Positions 22,509 to 34,200 of a stretch of 64,000 nucleotides of DNA are shown piece by piece. The position numbers were made by a program, and so were the translations under genes. The notes under the pieces were generated by a model. The model did not search any database, was not told where the DNA came from, and was given only the letters and a program-made list of their open reading frames with translations. The stretch is taken from assembly GCA_013265495.1 (NCBI GenBank), contig MU057576.1, positions 406,982 through 470,981 of the forward strand. The letters are read 5' to 3'. Source of the stretch: Vicugna vicugna. Lineage: Eukaryota. How positions within the stretch are numbered: position 1 is the first letter of the stretch; the number at the start of each line of letters is the position of its first letter.

Positions 22509-23850
22509 ATTGCTTTAGCAATTTGGGGTCTTTCATGGTTCCATATAAATTTTAGAATTATTTGTTCTAGTTCTATGGAAAATGTCATATTTTGACAGGG
22601 GTTGCATGGACTATGTAGATTGCTTTGGTGATATGGTCATTTTAATAGTGTTGGTTCTTCCAATCCATGAGCACAAGATCTCTTTCCATTTCTTTGTATC
22701 ATCTTCAGTTTCCTTTGTCAATGTTTTATAATTATCAGAGTATAGGTAACCTTCGTGGTTGAGTTTATTTTTAAGTATTTTGTTGTTTTTGATGCAATGG
22801 AAATGTTTATGCCAATTACAAAATTCTGATTTTTGAAGTGAGGAAAAAAATGAACAAAGAGCCACAAATGGCAAAATATCCTTTTTTGTGGGTGAATTGT
22901 GTTCCATTGCGTATATATATACTGCATCTTCTTTACCCATCCATCTATTGATGGGCACTTAGGATGCTTCCATATCTTGGCAATTATAAATAATGCTGCC
23001 ATTAATAGCAGAGTGTATGTATCTTTTTGAAGTAATGTTTTTGTTTTTCTCACATATATACCCAGGAGTGGATATATGAGCCATATGGTGGTTTTATTTT
23101 TAGATTTTTGAGAAACTTCCATATTGTTCTCCATAGTGGCTGCACCAATTTACATTCCCACCAACAGTGTACATGGGTTCCCTTTTCTCCACATCCTTGC
23201 CAACATTTGTTATTTGTGATCTTTTTGATAATAGCCATTCTGACGGTGAGATGATACCGCATTGTGATTTCGATTTGCATTTCCCTGATATTAGTGATGT
23301 TGAACAACTTTACATGTTCCGGTGGGCCACCTGCATTTCTGCTTTTGGAAAAACGTCTATTCAGTTCTTCTGCCCATATTTTAAATGGGTTGTTTTTTGT
23401 TTGTTTGTTTTTTAATTGAAGTACAGTTGATTCAACGTATTGTATTAGCTTCCGGTGTGCAGCACGGATGGACTTGGAGGGCATTATGCTAAGTGAAATA
23501 AGTCAGACATGGATAAATACTACTTCACTTACATATGGAATCTGAAAAAATACAACTAGTGACTATAACAGAAAAGAAACACTCACAGATGTAGAGAAGG
23601 AACTAGTTAGTGGTTACCAGTGGGGAGAGGGGAGGGGGAGGGGCAGGATGGAGGTGGAGGATTAAGAGGTACAAACTATCAGGTATAAAATAAGCTACAA
23701 GGATTTGTTGTACAATATGGGGAATAGAGCCCATATTTTATAATCACTATAAATGATATATAATTTTTAAAAATCGTGAATCACTATATTATATCCCTAT
23801 AACATATATTATACATCAACTATACTTCAATTTTAAAAACATGACATTAT
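22508..23850. mobile_element. Mixed-orientation L1 ORF2/3'-end fragments
   Basis: Antisense ORF2 pieces 22508-22830 and 22860-23400, antisense tail 23410-23460, sense 3' end from ~23460. Confidence 0.8.
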
Positions 23851-23886
23851 AAAATAAATACATTTTTTAAAAAACCCTCTACCTAA

Positions 23887-24028
23887 GGAGGAGGGTATAA
23901 TTCAGTGGTAGAGCACTTGCATGCACGAGGTCCTAGGTTCAATCCCCAGCACCTCCATTAAATAAATAATAAACAAACAAACAAACCTAATTACCTCTTT
24001 ACCCCTCTGAAAAAAAATTTTTTTTTTA
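23887..24028 (+). mobile_element. tRNA-derived SINE (Vic-1-like)
   Basis: ggagggtataattcagtggtagagc...ggttcaatcccc followed by an A-rich tail. Confidence 0.85.
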
Positions 24029-24049
24029 ATATAATAGCCAAAGAAGGGC

Positions 24050-24500
24050 TGCTTCCCTGGCGCCCCTGGCTTGAAGCCGCCACCTGAGGTGGCGCCTGCA
24101 GTGAGCCGCCCGGCCTGAGGGGGGCGCCTTCGTCGGCTCAGGCGCAGGCGCAGGCGCTGGCCGAGAACTGGACACTCTGGGGGGCCGGTCTCTTGACTGT
24201 GAGAAGAAAGGGGATCTGTGCGCTTCTCACGCCTTGAGGTAGGGGAAGGGCTGAGGGCGGCGGGCGGCTGTGGGCAGCGCCTGGCGGGACGGGCTGGGGC
24301 GGAGGTCGGGCCTGCCTTCAGGCAGGTGTTGGCGGCCCGGGGCAGCTGCCGGGGCGGGACTGACGCCCAGAGGCCCGAGTCCAGCGCGGTCCGGTCCGCC
24401 CTGCGCCGGGTCTCTGAGGGCAGGGCGGGCAGGCGTGTCTCCTCCGCCGCCTCTCGTGGGCCTTGGGGCGGGCGCCCTGCCGAGGGCCACGACACTTGAG
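24050..24500 (+). promoter_or_regulatory. M1AP: M1AP CpG-island promoter and probable non-coding exon 1 (donor at 24239)
   Basis: CpG-rich. NRF1-like GCGCAGGCGCAGGCGC at 24142. GAG|GTAGGG donor. GGCGGGA motifs at ~24283 and ~24353. The coding exon at 30997 begins at an acceptor, so an upstream exon is required. Confidence 0.65.
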
Positions 24501-24602
24501 GAGGAGGGGCCCATGAGAATGTATTGACTTTCTGTGAAGTCAGAAGAAACCAGTGAATCCTTAGGGTCGAAGAAAAGGTTTAGGTGTTTGGAAGAGGGGT
24601 GT

Positions 24603-25060
24603 TATTTTATTTTATTTATTTATTTTGATGGAGGTACTGGGGATTGAACCCAGGACCTGGCGCATGCTAGCTAAGCACGGTCTCTACCACTGAGCTATGC
24701 CCCACCCTCCAAGAAGATCTTTTAAGTGAGGAAGGGGCCCATGAAAGCAAAAGTGCTTAGGATCCATGATTTTTTTTTGTTGTTGGGGGAGGTAATTAGG
24801 TTTATTCATTTAGTATTTTTTTAAGGTTTTTTGAGGGGGCAATTAGGTTTATTTACTTATTTATTTTTTTTTTTAATGGAGGTACTGGGGATTGAACCCA
24901 AGACCTCATGCATGCTAAGCATGTGCTCTACCACTGAGCTATAACCTCTACCCCAGGTTTATTCGTTTACTTTTATTTTTATAGGAGGTACTGGGGATTG
25001 AAACCTGACCCTCTTTCATGCTAACCATGCGCTCTATCACTTGAGCTGTCCCCTCCCCCC
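24603..25060 (-). mobile_element. Cluster of three Vic-1-like SINEs, one nested in another
   Basis: Copies at ~24603-24710, 24815-24954 and 24770-25060. TSD taggatccatga at 24758 and 25061. Confidence 0.85.
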
Positions 25061-25685
25061 TAGGATCCATGAAATTTTTAACGTGGCCCTGTGAGAGGGC
25101 GAACCATTGAATCATTTATCATATGCAAAATGTCCTAAGGGCGATAAAAAGCATTGTATAGGCTCTGTTATAGGGGCGTGTAAAGGGACCCTACCCTCTT
25201 CAGACCTTAAGTCTGATACCTAAAGCATGAGTAAGGTTAAGTAAGGGAATACTCTGCAAAGACTGTCCGGGGTCAGGATCCACAGCAAAAGGCTGACAGC
25301 CTTTGCTGAGCTGAAAGGCAAGCCAGGGGCAGATGGGGTGGTGTAGGGAAGGGAATTGGCCAGGTAGGGCATGGCATGAGGCTGGACATTTGGGAAGCAG
25401 ACACGTGCAGAATTTTGGAGCCAAGGTAAGGATTTCAGGTTTTGTTCAAGTGTAGTTAGAAGCCATTGAAGGGTTTTGGGTAAGGGAGTAACTATACCTT
25501 TTGGGGGTTCAAGGCCTAGATTTAACCAATTTACAGGAGGACACCAATAAATGAGCATTCTTGGTATAAGTGGAGAATCTAGGATCAGAAATAGTCAAAT
25601 GCTGCTTAGTAGTATGCGTCAGATGCATTAACTGATCATGTTTGAGGGGCTGAGGAAGAGAGTTGCTTCTTATCTCATTTAAAGA

Positions 25686-26756
25686 ACAGTCTTGGAATTG
25701 CATGTAAGTGTAGGATCTAAAAATGACCATGCAAGCTGAAACCATTCAAAGTCATCTTAATAGTCAATGGGAACAATTACATTTGTTTTGGAATCTCTCA
25801 AAATTGTCAAAATGTTAAAAACTCTCTTACTGTCAGTTATAACTGTAGAGGGAAATGAAAAATGGTAGAACTAGTATCTGTTTAGTGCACTGTCATTGAA
25901 AATATTAGAAACTTGGGAAAGTGTTTTCTTTGTAAAAAAATTAATCAAGAATAGTTTGAGCAGCTCTTGTGCTTGTTTTCTTCTCACGGTGTAACTTGTA
26001 GAGTGTCTTTCTTATGCCTTTTACCAAATTGTTCTATTCCTTTCTAAAGGTCTGGATCAACTTCCAGCATTTTATCCTTTGCACTTTCAATTTTGTAAAC
26101 TATCTCCCAGAGTTCCTTTAATATGAAGTGTTTTTGCCAGTGGCGCTTCTTCTGGGGCAGCTTTATACTTTGTGTCACAACCACTTTGCTCACTTGTGTT
26201 GCTAAGTTCACCTTTACTAAATTCCTCTTCTGCTCATCAAAAGTCTGTTAAACAGCATTGCTGTCAGTGTTCTCACAGTCAGCTCTTTCTTCTGTGATTC
26301 CATCTAAAGTCAACTCTCACTTTCAGTGTTACCACTTACTGTTTCTTTGCTCCACGTTCATCTTTGTTGGCCAGTTCCCTCTTTCAGTTATCTATTTTTG
26401 TAAGGCGTCGGTGTGGTTTTATCACTAAGAAACTAGTGATCACTAGGAGGTAATTAAAACAAATATGCTCTGCCGTCTGTACAGAGACTGAATAAGAGCT
26501 CTGCAGTGACCAGTCACCAGCAAACTTTGAAAGAGGTGACATGATTGATCACTGAGCATGATGTGCATGTGTTATTTATGGAGCGACTGGTGGGCTGAAG
26601 AGCTGACTGCGACTTGCACTTTTATGTAATTATGAGTAATAGTCCTTGGTAACTGAAATTAGAACTGTGTTGATGGGGGAGTGATATTAATTAACTAAAC
26701 TATCATAACTGAAATTTGTATATCTTGGAACCCTGTAAAATTAGAACTGCCTGTAC
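25686..26756. mobile_element. Probable Tigger-type (TcMar) DNA transposon relic
   Basis: Right end ...gaactgcctg|TA and overall resemblance to recalled Tigger elements; left TIR degenerate. Confidence 0.45.
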
Positions 26757-29349
26757 TCTAAAATGACAGAAGTTTCAGATGTGAGGAAGATGGACAGGGA
26801 GAACAGAAGCCCATTCTACATCAAATAAGGTCTCTGGGTACCTGTTTGTCTATGTGACTCTGTGTGTCAGCCTCAAACTCAGCATTACAATGATCTCATG
26901 CACTTAGTTTAAAAGTACAGTTAAAAGGTATTTATGATATGTGCTTTCCTGGTAAATATATATTACTCATTGATTTGGATTTCTGGTTCAAGATAACTTC
27001 CTATAGGTTAGCATATTCATTTACTTCTTTGCTCAGCTGTACACAGCACACAATTGGAGCTCAGTAAAAAACTGTTGAATGAACAAATGCTGACTTCCAC
27101 TATCCAAAAACGGAAAGTTTGAAAGGAAATAACTTCACAGATTCATTTTGAGAAACACATCTATCTATGTACTCTTAGACCATTTTTAAAAATCCCAAGT
27201 TCCAAAGTGTTTCTGAAAATTATCTTAAATATCTTTCTTTTGGACCTAGGGGAAGTCAAAGAAGCTTTTATTTTCCCTGAATTCTTTAGCTAAAAAACAA
27301 TTGTGCAGAATCATTTCAGTTCCCAGAGGTGGGGGCGTATTTTTTTTAATTTAAAAAATATATTCTTTTATGATTGTCCAGTGTTCTTTTTGAAATATTT
27401 TTATTGTTAAATATAACATATTAGAGAAAATTTCATAAACTATGAACATGTAGTTTAATAATTATACAGTGAGTACCCATTGTAACCACAATAAAGATCA
27501 AGAAATAGAACATTGCTGACATCCCACAACCTCCTTTTGTCCTTTCTAATCATGCCCTCCTTGCTTTTCAGAGAAAATCACTACACTAATTTTTGTCATA
27601 ATAATCCCCTTGCTCTTGAAAAATAGTTTTAGCATTATGTACACATCCCTAAACAATATAGTTGCTTATCTTTAAAATCTATGTAGATAGAATCATGCTA
27701 TATATTTCTTTGTGTCTTGCTTCTTTTATTCAATATTCTGTTTCTTAGAGCCATCCACATTGCATGTAACTAGTCATTCATTTTCCTCGCTGTGTGAATA
27801 CAGAATTTATCCATTCTAATGTTGATTGAAATTTGCGTTGTTTGAAGTCTAGGGTAATTGTGAACAAGACTATTAATGAATAGTCTTTTTGCTGCTATGA
27901 TCTGACTTTGTTCATGCATCCTAATGCATGTCATTATTCACGGATTAATGATTGTGAACAAAAAGTCCAAAAGAATCTATAGGTAAGTTATTATAACTAA
28001 TAAGACAGTGTAGCAGTGTTGTTAAATACAAAATCATTATATAAAAATCAATTTTATGTCTATGCTTTAGCAACAAAACAAAAAATGAAATGTAAAAAGA
28101 TGCCATTAAGCATTTAAAAAATAGCAGATCTCTAAAAATAAAATTTAGTGAAAGATAAGGAGAGCCTTGGGGAAAATTATAAAACTATATATTCTTTTAG
28201 ATTTTCTATATAAATATCATATCATCTGCACGACAGTTTCATTTCTTCCATTGTAACGCCTTTTGTTTTCTTTGTATTTCTTGCCTTATCGCTAACTGCG
28301 CTACTGTGTAGATTAGAAATGACGATAGTGGGCTCTTGTCTTGGATGGAAAACTTTCAGCATCACCATTAAAAATGATATTTGCTCTAGACTTTTGTAAA
28401 CATATTTGATCAGATTGTATCTATCGTCTCTTTCTAATATATTAAGATTGATTCTTTATCAGGCGTGAATGTTGAGTTTTTCTGCATTTTGATCATATGA
28501 TTTTTTAATGTGATGAATTACAGTGACGGTCTCTAAAGCCATGTCAACCTTATGTTCTTGAGATAAACCCAAGTTGGTCATGATGTGTTATTCTTTTTAT
28601 AATATTGCTGTTTTTCAATTTGCTTATACTTTCTTTAGGATTTTTACATCTCAATTCATAAATGAGACTGTCCTATAATTTTTTATTGTAATACTTTTAT
28701 CTGATTTTGGTATCAAAGGTTATGCTAAACTAGTAAAAATTAAATGAGTCTTGTGCCCTCTCCTATTTTCTGAAAGAATTTGTTGAAGATTGAAATTCTT
28801 GATCTTTGAGAGTAGTATGGAACTCATCAGTGGAATCACGTAGCCCTACAGATACTTTTGGGGAACATATTTGACTACCAATTAAATGTTTTCAGTGGTT
28901 AGAGACTATTTAGGTATTTTAATTTTCTTTTTGATTTAGTATTGGTTAAATATGTTTTTTCTAGCAATTTGTCCATTTTATTAAACTTACTGGTATAAAG
29001 CTGTTCATTATGTCCTCTTGTAACCCTTTCCATGTTTGGGCATCTGTAACGGTGTCCCCGTCTCACTGCTGATGCTTGTTCTGTGTTCCCATTTGTTCTC
29101 CTTTCCAAAATCTGAGCCCTGGGGATAAGTGTAAGTAGCCAGTAAACAAAGAAGGCAAGGGTGTCAGAAGTAGAGAAGACAGCATGAGCAAATGCACTGA
29201 AATGAATGGTATATTTGGTTTTGTTTCACTGAAAAGCTTGAAGTGAGGAATGGGTCTTGAATGGGTCCTGAAGGGGAAAATGTGGTTATATTTTCATTTT
29301 TAAGAATTACTATGCACCATATATATGGAAATTTAAAAACATGTGTGCA

Positions 29350-29884
29350 CTTATAAAAAAAGAAATGAGCTATCAAGCCATGAAAGACGTGGAAGAAACT
29401 TGAAAGACATATTAGTAAATGAAAGAAGCCAGTCTGAAAAGGCGACAAACTGTGCGATTTCAACCAAATGACATTCTGGGAAAGGCACAGCTACAGAAAC
29501 AATAAAAAGATCATGGTTTCCAGGGATTTGGGGAGAGGGAGGGAGGAATAAATAAATGTAGCACAAGGGATTTTTAGGGCAATGAAATTATTCTGCGTGA
29601 TACTATAGTGGTGGCTACATGTCATTATGCATTTGTCAAAATCCGTAGAGTGTACAACATCAAGAGTGAACCCTAATGTAAATTATGGACTTCAGTTGAT
29701 AATAATGTGCCCATGTTGGTTCATCGATTGTACCAAATATGCCACACTGATGAGGGATGTTGAGGCTGAGGGAGTATATATGTGTGGGTGGGGAGTGATA
29801 CATTGGAACTCTGTAATTTCTGCTCAATTCTGCTGTGAACCTGAAACTGCTCTAAAAAATAAAGTCTATTAATAAAAAAAAAAT
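29350..29884 (+). mobile_element. Old L1M-type 3' end
   Basis: gaaagaagccagtctgaaaaggc...aatccgtagagtgtacaacatcaagagtgaaccctaatgta...aaaaataaagtctatt followed by an A-tail. Confidence 0.8.
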
Positions 29885-30172
29885 TACTATGTCCCAAATA
29901 AACACTGTGCTAAGCTCTGATAGAGTTGACAAGACAGGTCCTCCATCTTTGGGAAGCTCACAATACAGTGGCAGAGGCAGTCTTAGAAACAAATTACAAT
30001 ACAGTACAATAAATGCTAATAAAGGTCAGATTCTATAAAGGCAGTTAGCTTTCTTTGAGACTGAAGTTTGAGTTTTTGATTAGTTGCATTCAACATCTCT
30101 AAGCATTCTCAGCCTTACATTATAGGCATACATCTAGGTCCCTTGGGAGCTGTTAAGATGGGATAGCCTAGA

Positions 30173-30850
30173 CTGAAAATAGACTTACCATGTGACCCAG
30201 TAATCCCACTCCTGGGCATATATCTGGAAGGAACCCTACTTCAAAATGACACCTGCACCTCAGTATTCATAGCAGCACTATTTACAATAGCCAAGACATG
30301 GAAACAGCCTAAATGTCCATCGACAGATAACTGGATAAAGAAGTTGTGGTATATTTATACAATGGAATACTATTCAGCCATTAAAAATGACAACATAATG
30401 CCATTTGCAGCAATATGGATGTCCCTGGTCATTCTAAGTGAAGTAAGCCAGATATAGAAAGAAAAGTACCATATGAGATTGCTTATATGTGCAACCTGAA
30501 AAAACAAAAGAAGACAAATGAACTTAAATATAAAACAGAAACAGACTCAGAGATATAGAGACATACAGACTTGTGGTTGCCAGTGGGGAGGCGGGTGGGA
30601 AGGAATAGACTGGGAGTTTGAGATTTGTACATACTGAAAGGTATATATAGAATAGATAAACAAGTTTATGCTGTATAGCATAGGGAAATATATTAAAGAT
30701 CTTGTAGCTCATGGTGAAAAAGAATATGAAAATGAATATATGTATATTCATGTATGACAAAAATTGTGCTGTCCACCAGAAATTGACACAACATTGTAAA
30801 CTGACTATAACTCAATTAAAAAAAAAAGAAAGAAAAGTGGGGGGTGGGGG
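30173..30850 (+). mobile_element. Lineage-specific L1 3' end with TSD
   Basis: TSD agatgg(g/a)atagcctaga at 30156 and 30851. Confidence 0.85.
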
Positions 30851-31047
30851 AGATGGAATAGCCTAGAGAAGCTTGCATTAGTACCTAGAGAAGCTTTCTA
30901 GACTTAGTCACCTAGACCTGTGTTAATTGTTTCAACAGAGTATATAATGTAATTCAGGTTTATGAAAGCCAGCAATTTCTCTTTTCTTCCCTGTAGGTGT
31001 AGAGAATATCCAGGTGTGGCTACAGTTCCACATCTGGTCTGGCTGCC

Positions 31048-31287
31048 ATGTATCATGGGCAAACTACTGGCAAAGGGCCCTCTCATTGCATGCAGATTTA
31101 CCAGCAACCTCCAAGGCTTCTCATCGTGCACATCACTCTCCCATCCTGGGCTGACATCTGTTCCAACCTCTGTGAGGCTCTGCAGAACTTCTTCTCACTG
31201 GCCTGCAGCTTGGTAGGCCCCAGCCGCATGTCCCTCTTCAGCTTATACATGGTACAAAATCAGCATGAGTGCATCCTCCCCTTTGTG
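31048..31287 (+). CDS. M1AP: M1AP first coding exon (exon starts at 30997)
   Basis: [11 protein letters not shown]...[11 protein letters not shown]...[14 protein letters not shown]. Confidence 0.93.
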
Positions 31288-34200
31288 GTGAGTATATCTG
31301 TATTTGTTCATATTCTCCTGAAAGCAGATGTGAGGTTTCTGGAGCAGCAGTTTCTTGAGAGATTTCTTACAGCAACAACTGTGCCCGTTCCCCATCTCCA
31401 ATACCCCACAGGCACCACAATGAGAGCCTGATGTCATCCTATATATTGGGGGGGGGATTACTGCAGAAGAGGAACCCCAAAATTACTAATACGGGAGTTT
31501 GAATCGGCCACATATTATCCCCTCCACTCCTGAGAGAGTGGAAGAAACCTTGGCATTTACAGTCTTTTGGAATGTAAGGAACTGACCTCTTCCGTCCCCC
31601 TTTGAAATGCAAACACAGGGAAATAAATCTCTTAAATTTCTTCAGAGGTCTCTGGCTATTCAATCACCCTTTAATTTCCAAGACTTGTCCTTTAACCCAG
31701 TTCGAGATTTTTTTTTTCTCTCAGAAAGCCCTAACTGTGCAGCAACATTAAAATATTTTTTCTACAGTTGCACGCAGGACTCAAGTGAAACTCCTCGTAG
31801 GGTTTCAGAAAGCAAAGGCTGGGCCGGGGCCCAATGCTTTTGCAAAGCTCCCTCACATGTAGACAGCCGTTGCTTTTCTTCCTCAAACAAATGTAAATCT
31901 TCACTCTCCCCCTTTACCACGTTCAGAGTCACAGAGATGGGAAAGATTTCAGAGGTCCTGGTGCATCCTCTTCTTGAAGCAGCCTTGCTGCTGGGATAGT
32001 CAGAAAGGACTTACGGAGAGCCAGACCTTTGATGCATACCTAGTGTGCACGTGACCTCCTCCCTCATAGTGTCCATGGAAGCTGTGCGGAGGCCTGGACT
32101 CCCCGCACCCCATCCAACATAACAAGGTATCTCTCACCCCCACCTCCTTTTTAAGGTAATGGAGGAGGAGGCAGAGTGGAGGCCATGTGGGGAGTGGCAG
32201 TGAGGTAGGCATCTTTTTACCTCCAAGGCAGGGTGATGTCAGTGAAGTCCTAGTGGAAAGTTAGGACTGTTAGGACTTTTTTCCTACTGGAAATCCTGGT
32301 GGTAATAAAGCTTCCCTACTCCCAGGGTGTCAGTGGGGCCCATATGAAAAACTTGAACTTCCATCCCCACCCAGAAGTAACAGCGTACCCTCCCTCCTGG
32401 GATATAATCAGAAGTCAAATAGAGGCACACCCCGACCTGGGCATAATTATGTGGAAACCTTACTTCCCCCTCTGGCACAGTGTTAAACTAGGCCTGCTAA
32501 AGCGTAAGATTTAAACAAGATCCAGAGTCTTATAGCATAATACCCAAAATGTCGAGAATACAATTTTAAAAAAAACACTTATGATTATTAAGAACCAGGA
32601 AAATCTCAACTTGAATGAAAAGACAACACAGACACAGATGTTAGAATTACCTGAAAAGGATTTTGAAGCAGCCATCATAAAAATGCTCCAGCAAACAGTT
32701 ATAAACATGCTTAGAACAAATGGAAACATACAAGATGTCATCAAAGAAATAGAAGTGTAAAGAAAAACAAAATAGAAATTTTAGAACTGAAAAATTAAAA
32801 ACAAAAATCTTCCATGGATAGAATCAACTGCACAATGAAATTGACACCTTCTATAGTGGGCAATTTGGTGACAGTATCAAAGTTTACACTCCCTTTAACC
32901 TAGCAAGTCTGCTTTTAGAAATTTATCCTACAGATATATTTTCATATGTGCAAAAATGATTTAAGGTTATTTGTTTCAGCATTGTTTGCAGTAGCAAAAG
33001 ATTGGAAGTAACCTGCTATCAATCAAAAGGGAATTGGTTAAATAAACTTACATTCCATCTATTCATGGAATACTATGTAGCCATAAAAATCAATGCTTTT
33101 TATCTATTGAGTGAAATAATTGCCCAATATACTATGCAAAAAATCAAGAAGAGAGTATCATAATCTCTTCTATTTTGGTAAGAAGAAAGATAAAGTTTAC
33201 TATTTATATTTTCTTTCACGTAAAGAAATACCTCTGGAAAGATACCTAAGAAACTAGTAATATCGATTGCCTCTAGGAACCTACCAGTTAGCTGAAGAAT
33301 TAGAAAAGAAAGGTGACTTTTTCTACATAACATGTAACCTCTGAATTTTGAATTTTGAATGCTTGCTGAGTAAGAGGAGAAAAAATCAGAATGAAAGTTT
33401 GAGTGGGGGGGTATAGCTCAAGTGGTAGAGCACATGCTTAGCATGCACAAGGCCCTGGGTTCAATCCCCAGTACCCCCTCTAAAAATAAGTAAACTGAAT
33501 TACCTCCCCCCACCAAAAAAATAAATGAATAAAAATTTTTTTAAAAAATCAAATTTTGGAAGCTATAATACAGGTGAAAAGTAATCATTGATTTAACAGT
33601 CCCAAGAATGCTAAATCTCAAGTCAATACTGGGGAAACCCAAGGAAGAAAGCAATTTAAACCACCTGGTTCTCAAAAGGCTTAGGATTGGCAAAATCAAC
33701 TTCTGGAGGTAAGAAAGAAGGACAAGCTAAAAGTAGAATGATGTTGAACTTGTGTTTAAAAAGAAACTTGACCTCTAGATCTCTCTCTTCTACTCCAAAA
33801 GCAACAGACTTACTCATCACTTATGATGGAATATCTGAATTTGCCCCATACCAATGGACCCCTAGAAATTTCACTGAAGTAGAAGGCTCCTGAATTTTAG
33901 TCCAGTTGATTTCCTACCCTCTGGCATGCAAATGTCTTACCAGTAAGTCTAAAGTAGTTGCTAAAGTAGTTTGCTCACTAGGTCCAGTCACCATGTCATT
34001 AATGTAATAGACCAGTGTGATAGCGTATGGAAGGGAGTGGCACTCAAACTCCCTGTGAACTGAATTATGACATAGGGCTGGAGAACTGATATGCCCCTGA
34101 GGTAGGACAGTGAGAGTGTATTGCTGGCCTTGAAGCTGAAAGCAAACTGCTTCTGTGGGGTGTTATAGACAGGAATGGAGAAGCATTTTCCAGATCCACA

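Noticed and set aside
24076..24128. Two CTCF-like motifs
   Set aside because: Spacing and 5' bases deviate from the core consensus; cannot be supported without a PWM scan.
23902..24527. Long Arg/Pro/Ala-rich ORFs
   Set aside because: Stop-poor CpG-island sequence overlapping a SINE; no coding signature.
33404..33480. tRNA-like sequences with A/B boxes (also ~15950, 23890, 24630-25060, 35730, 40530, 44930, 56445)
   Set aside because: They are dispersed, mutually diverged copies with A-rich tails and TSDs, so they are SINEs rather than tRNA genes.
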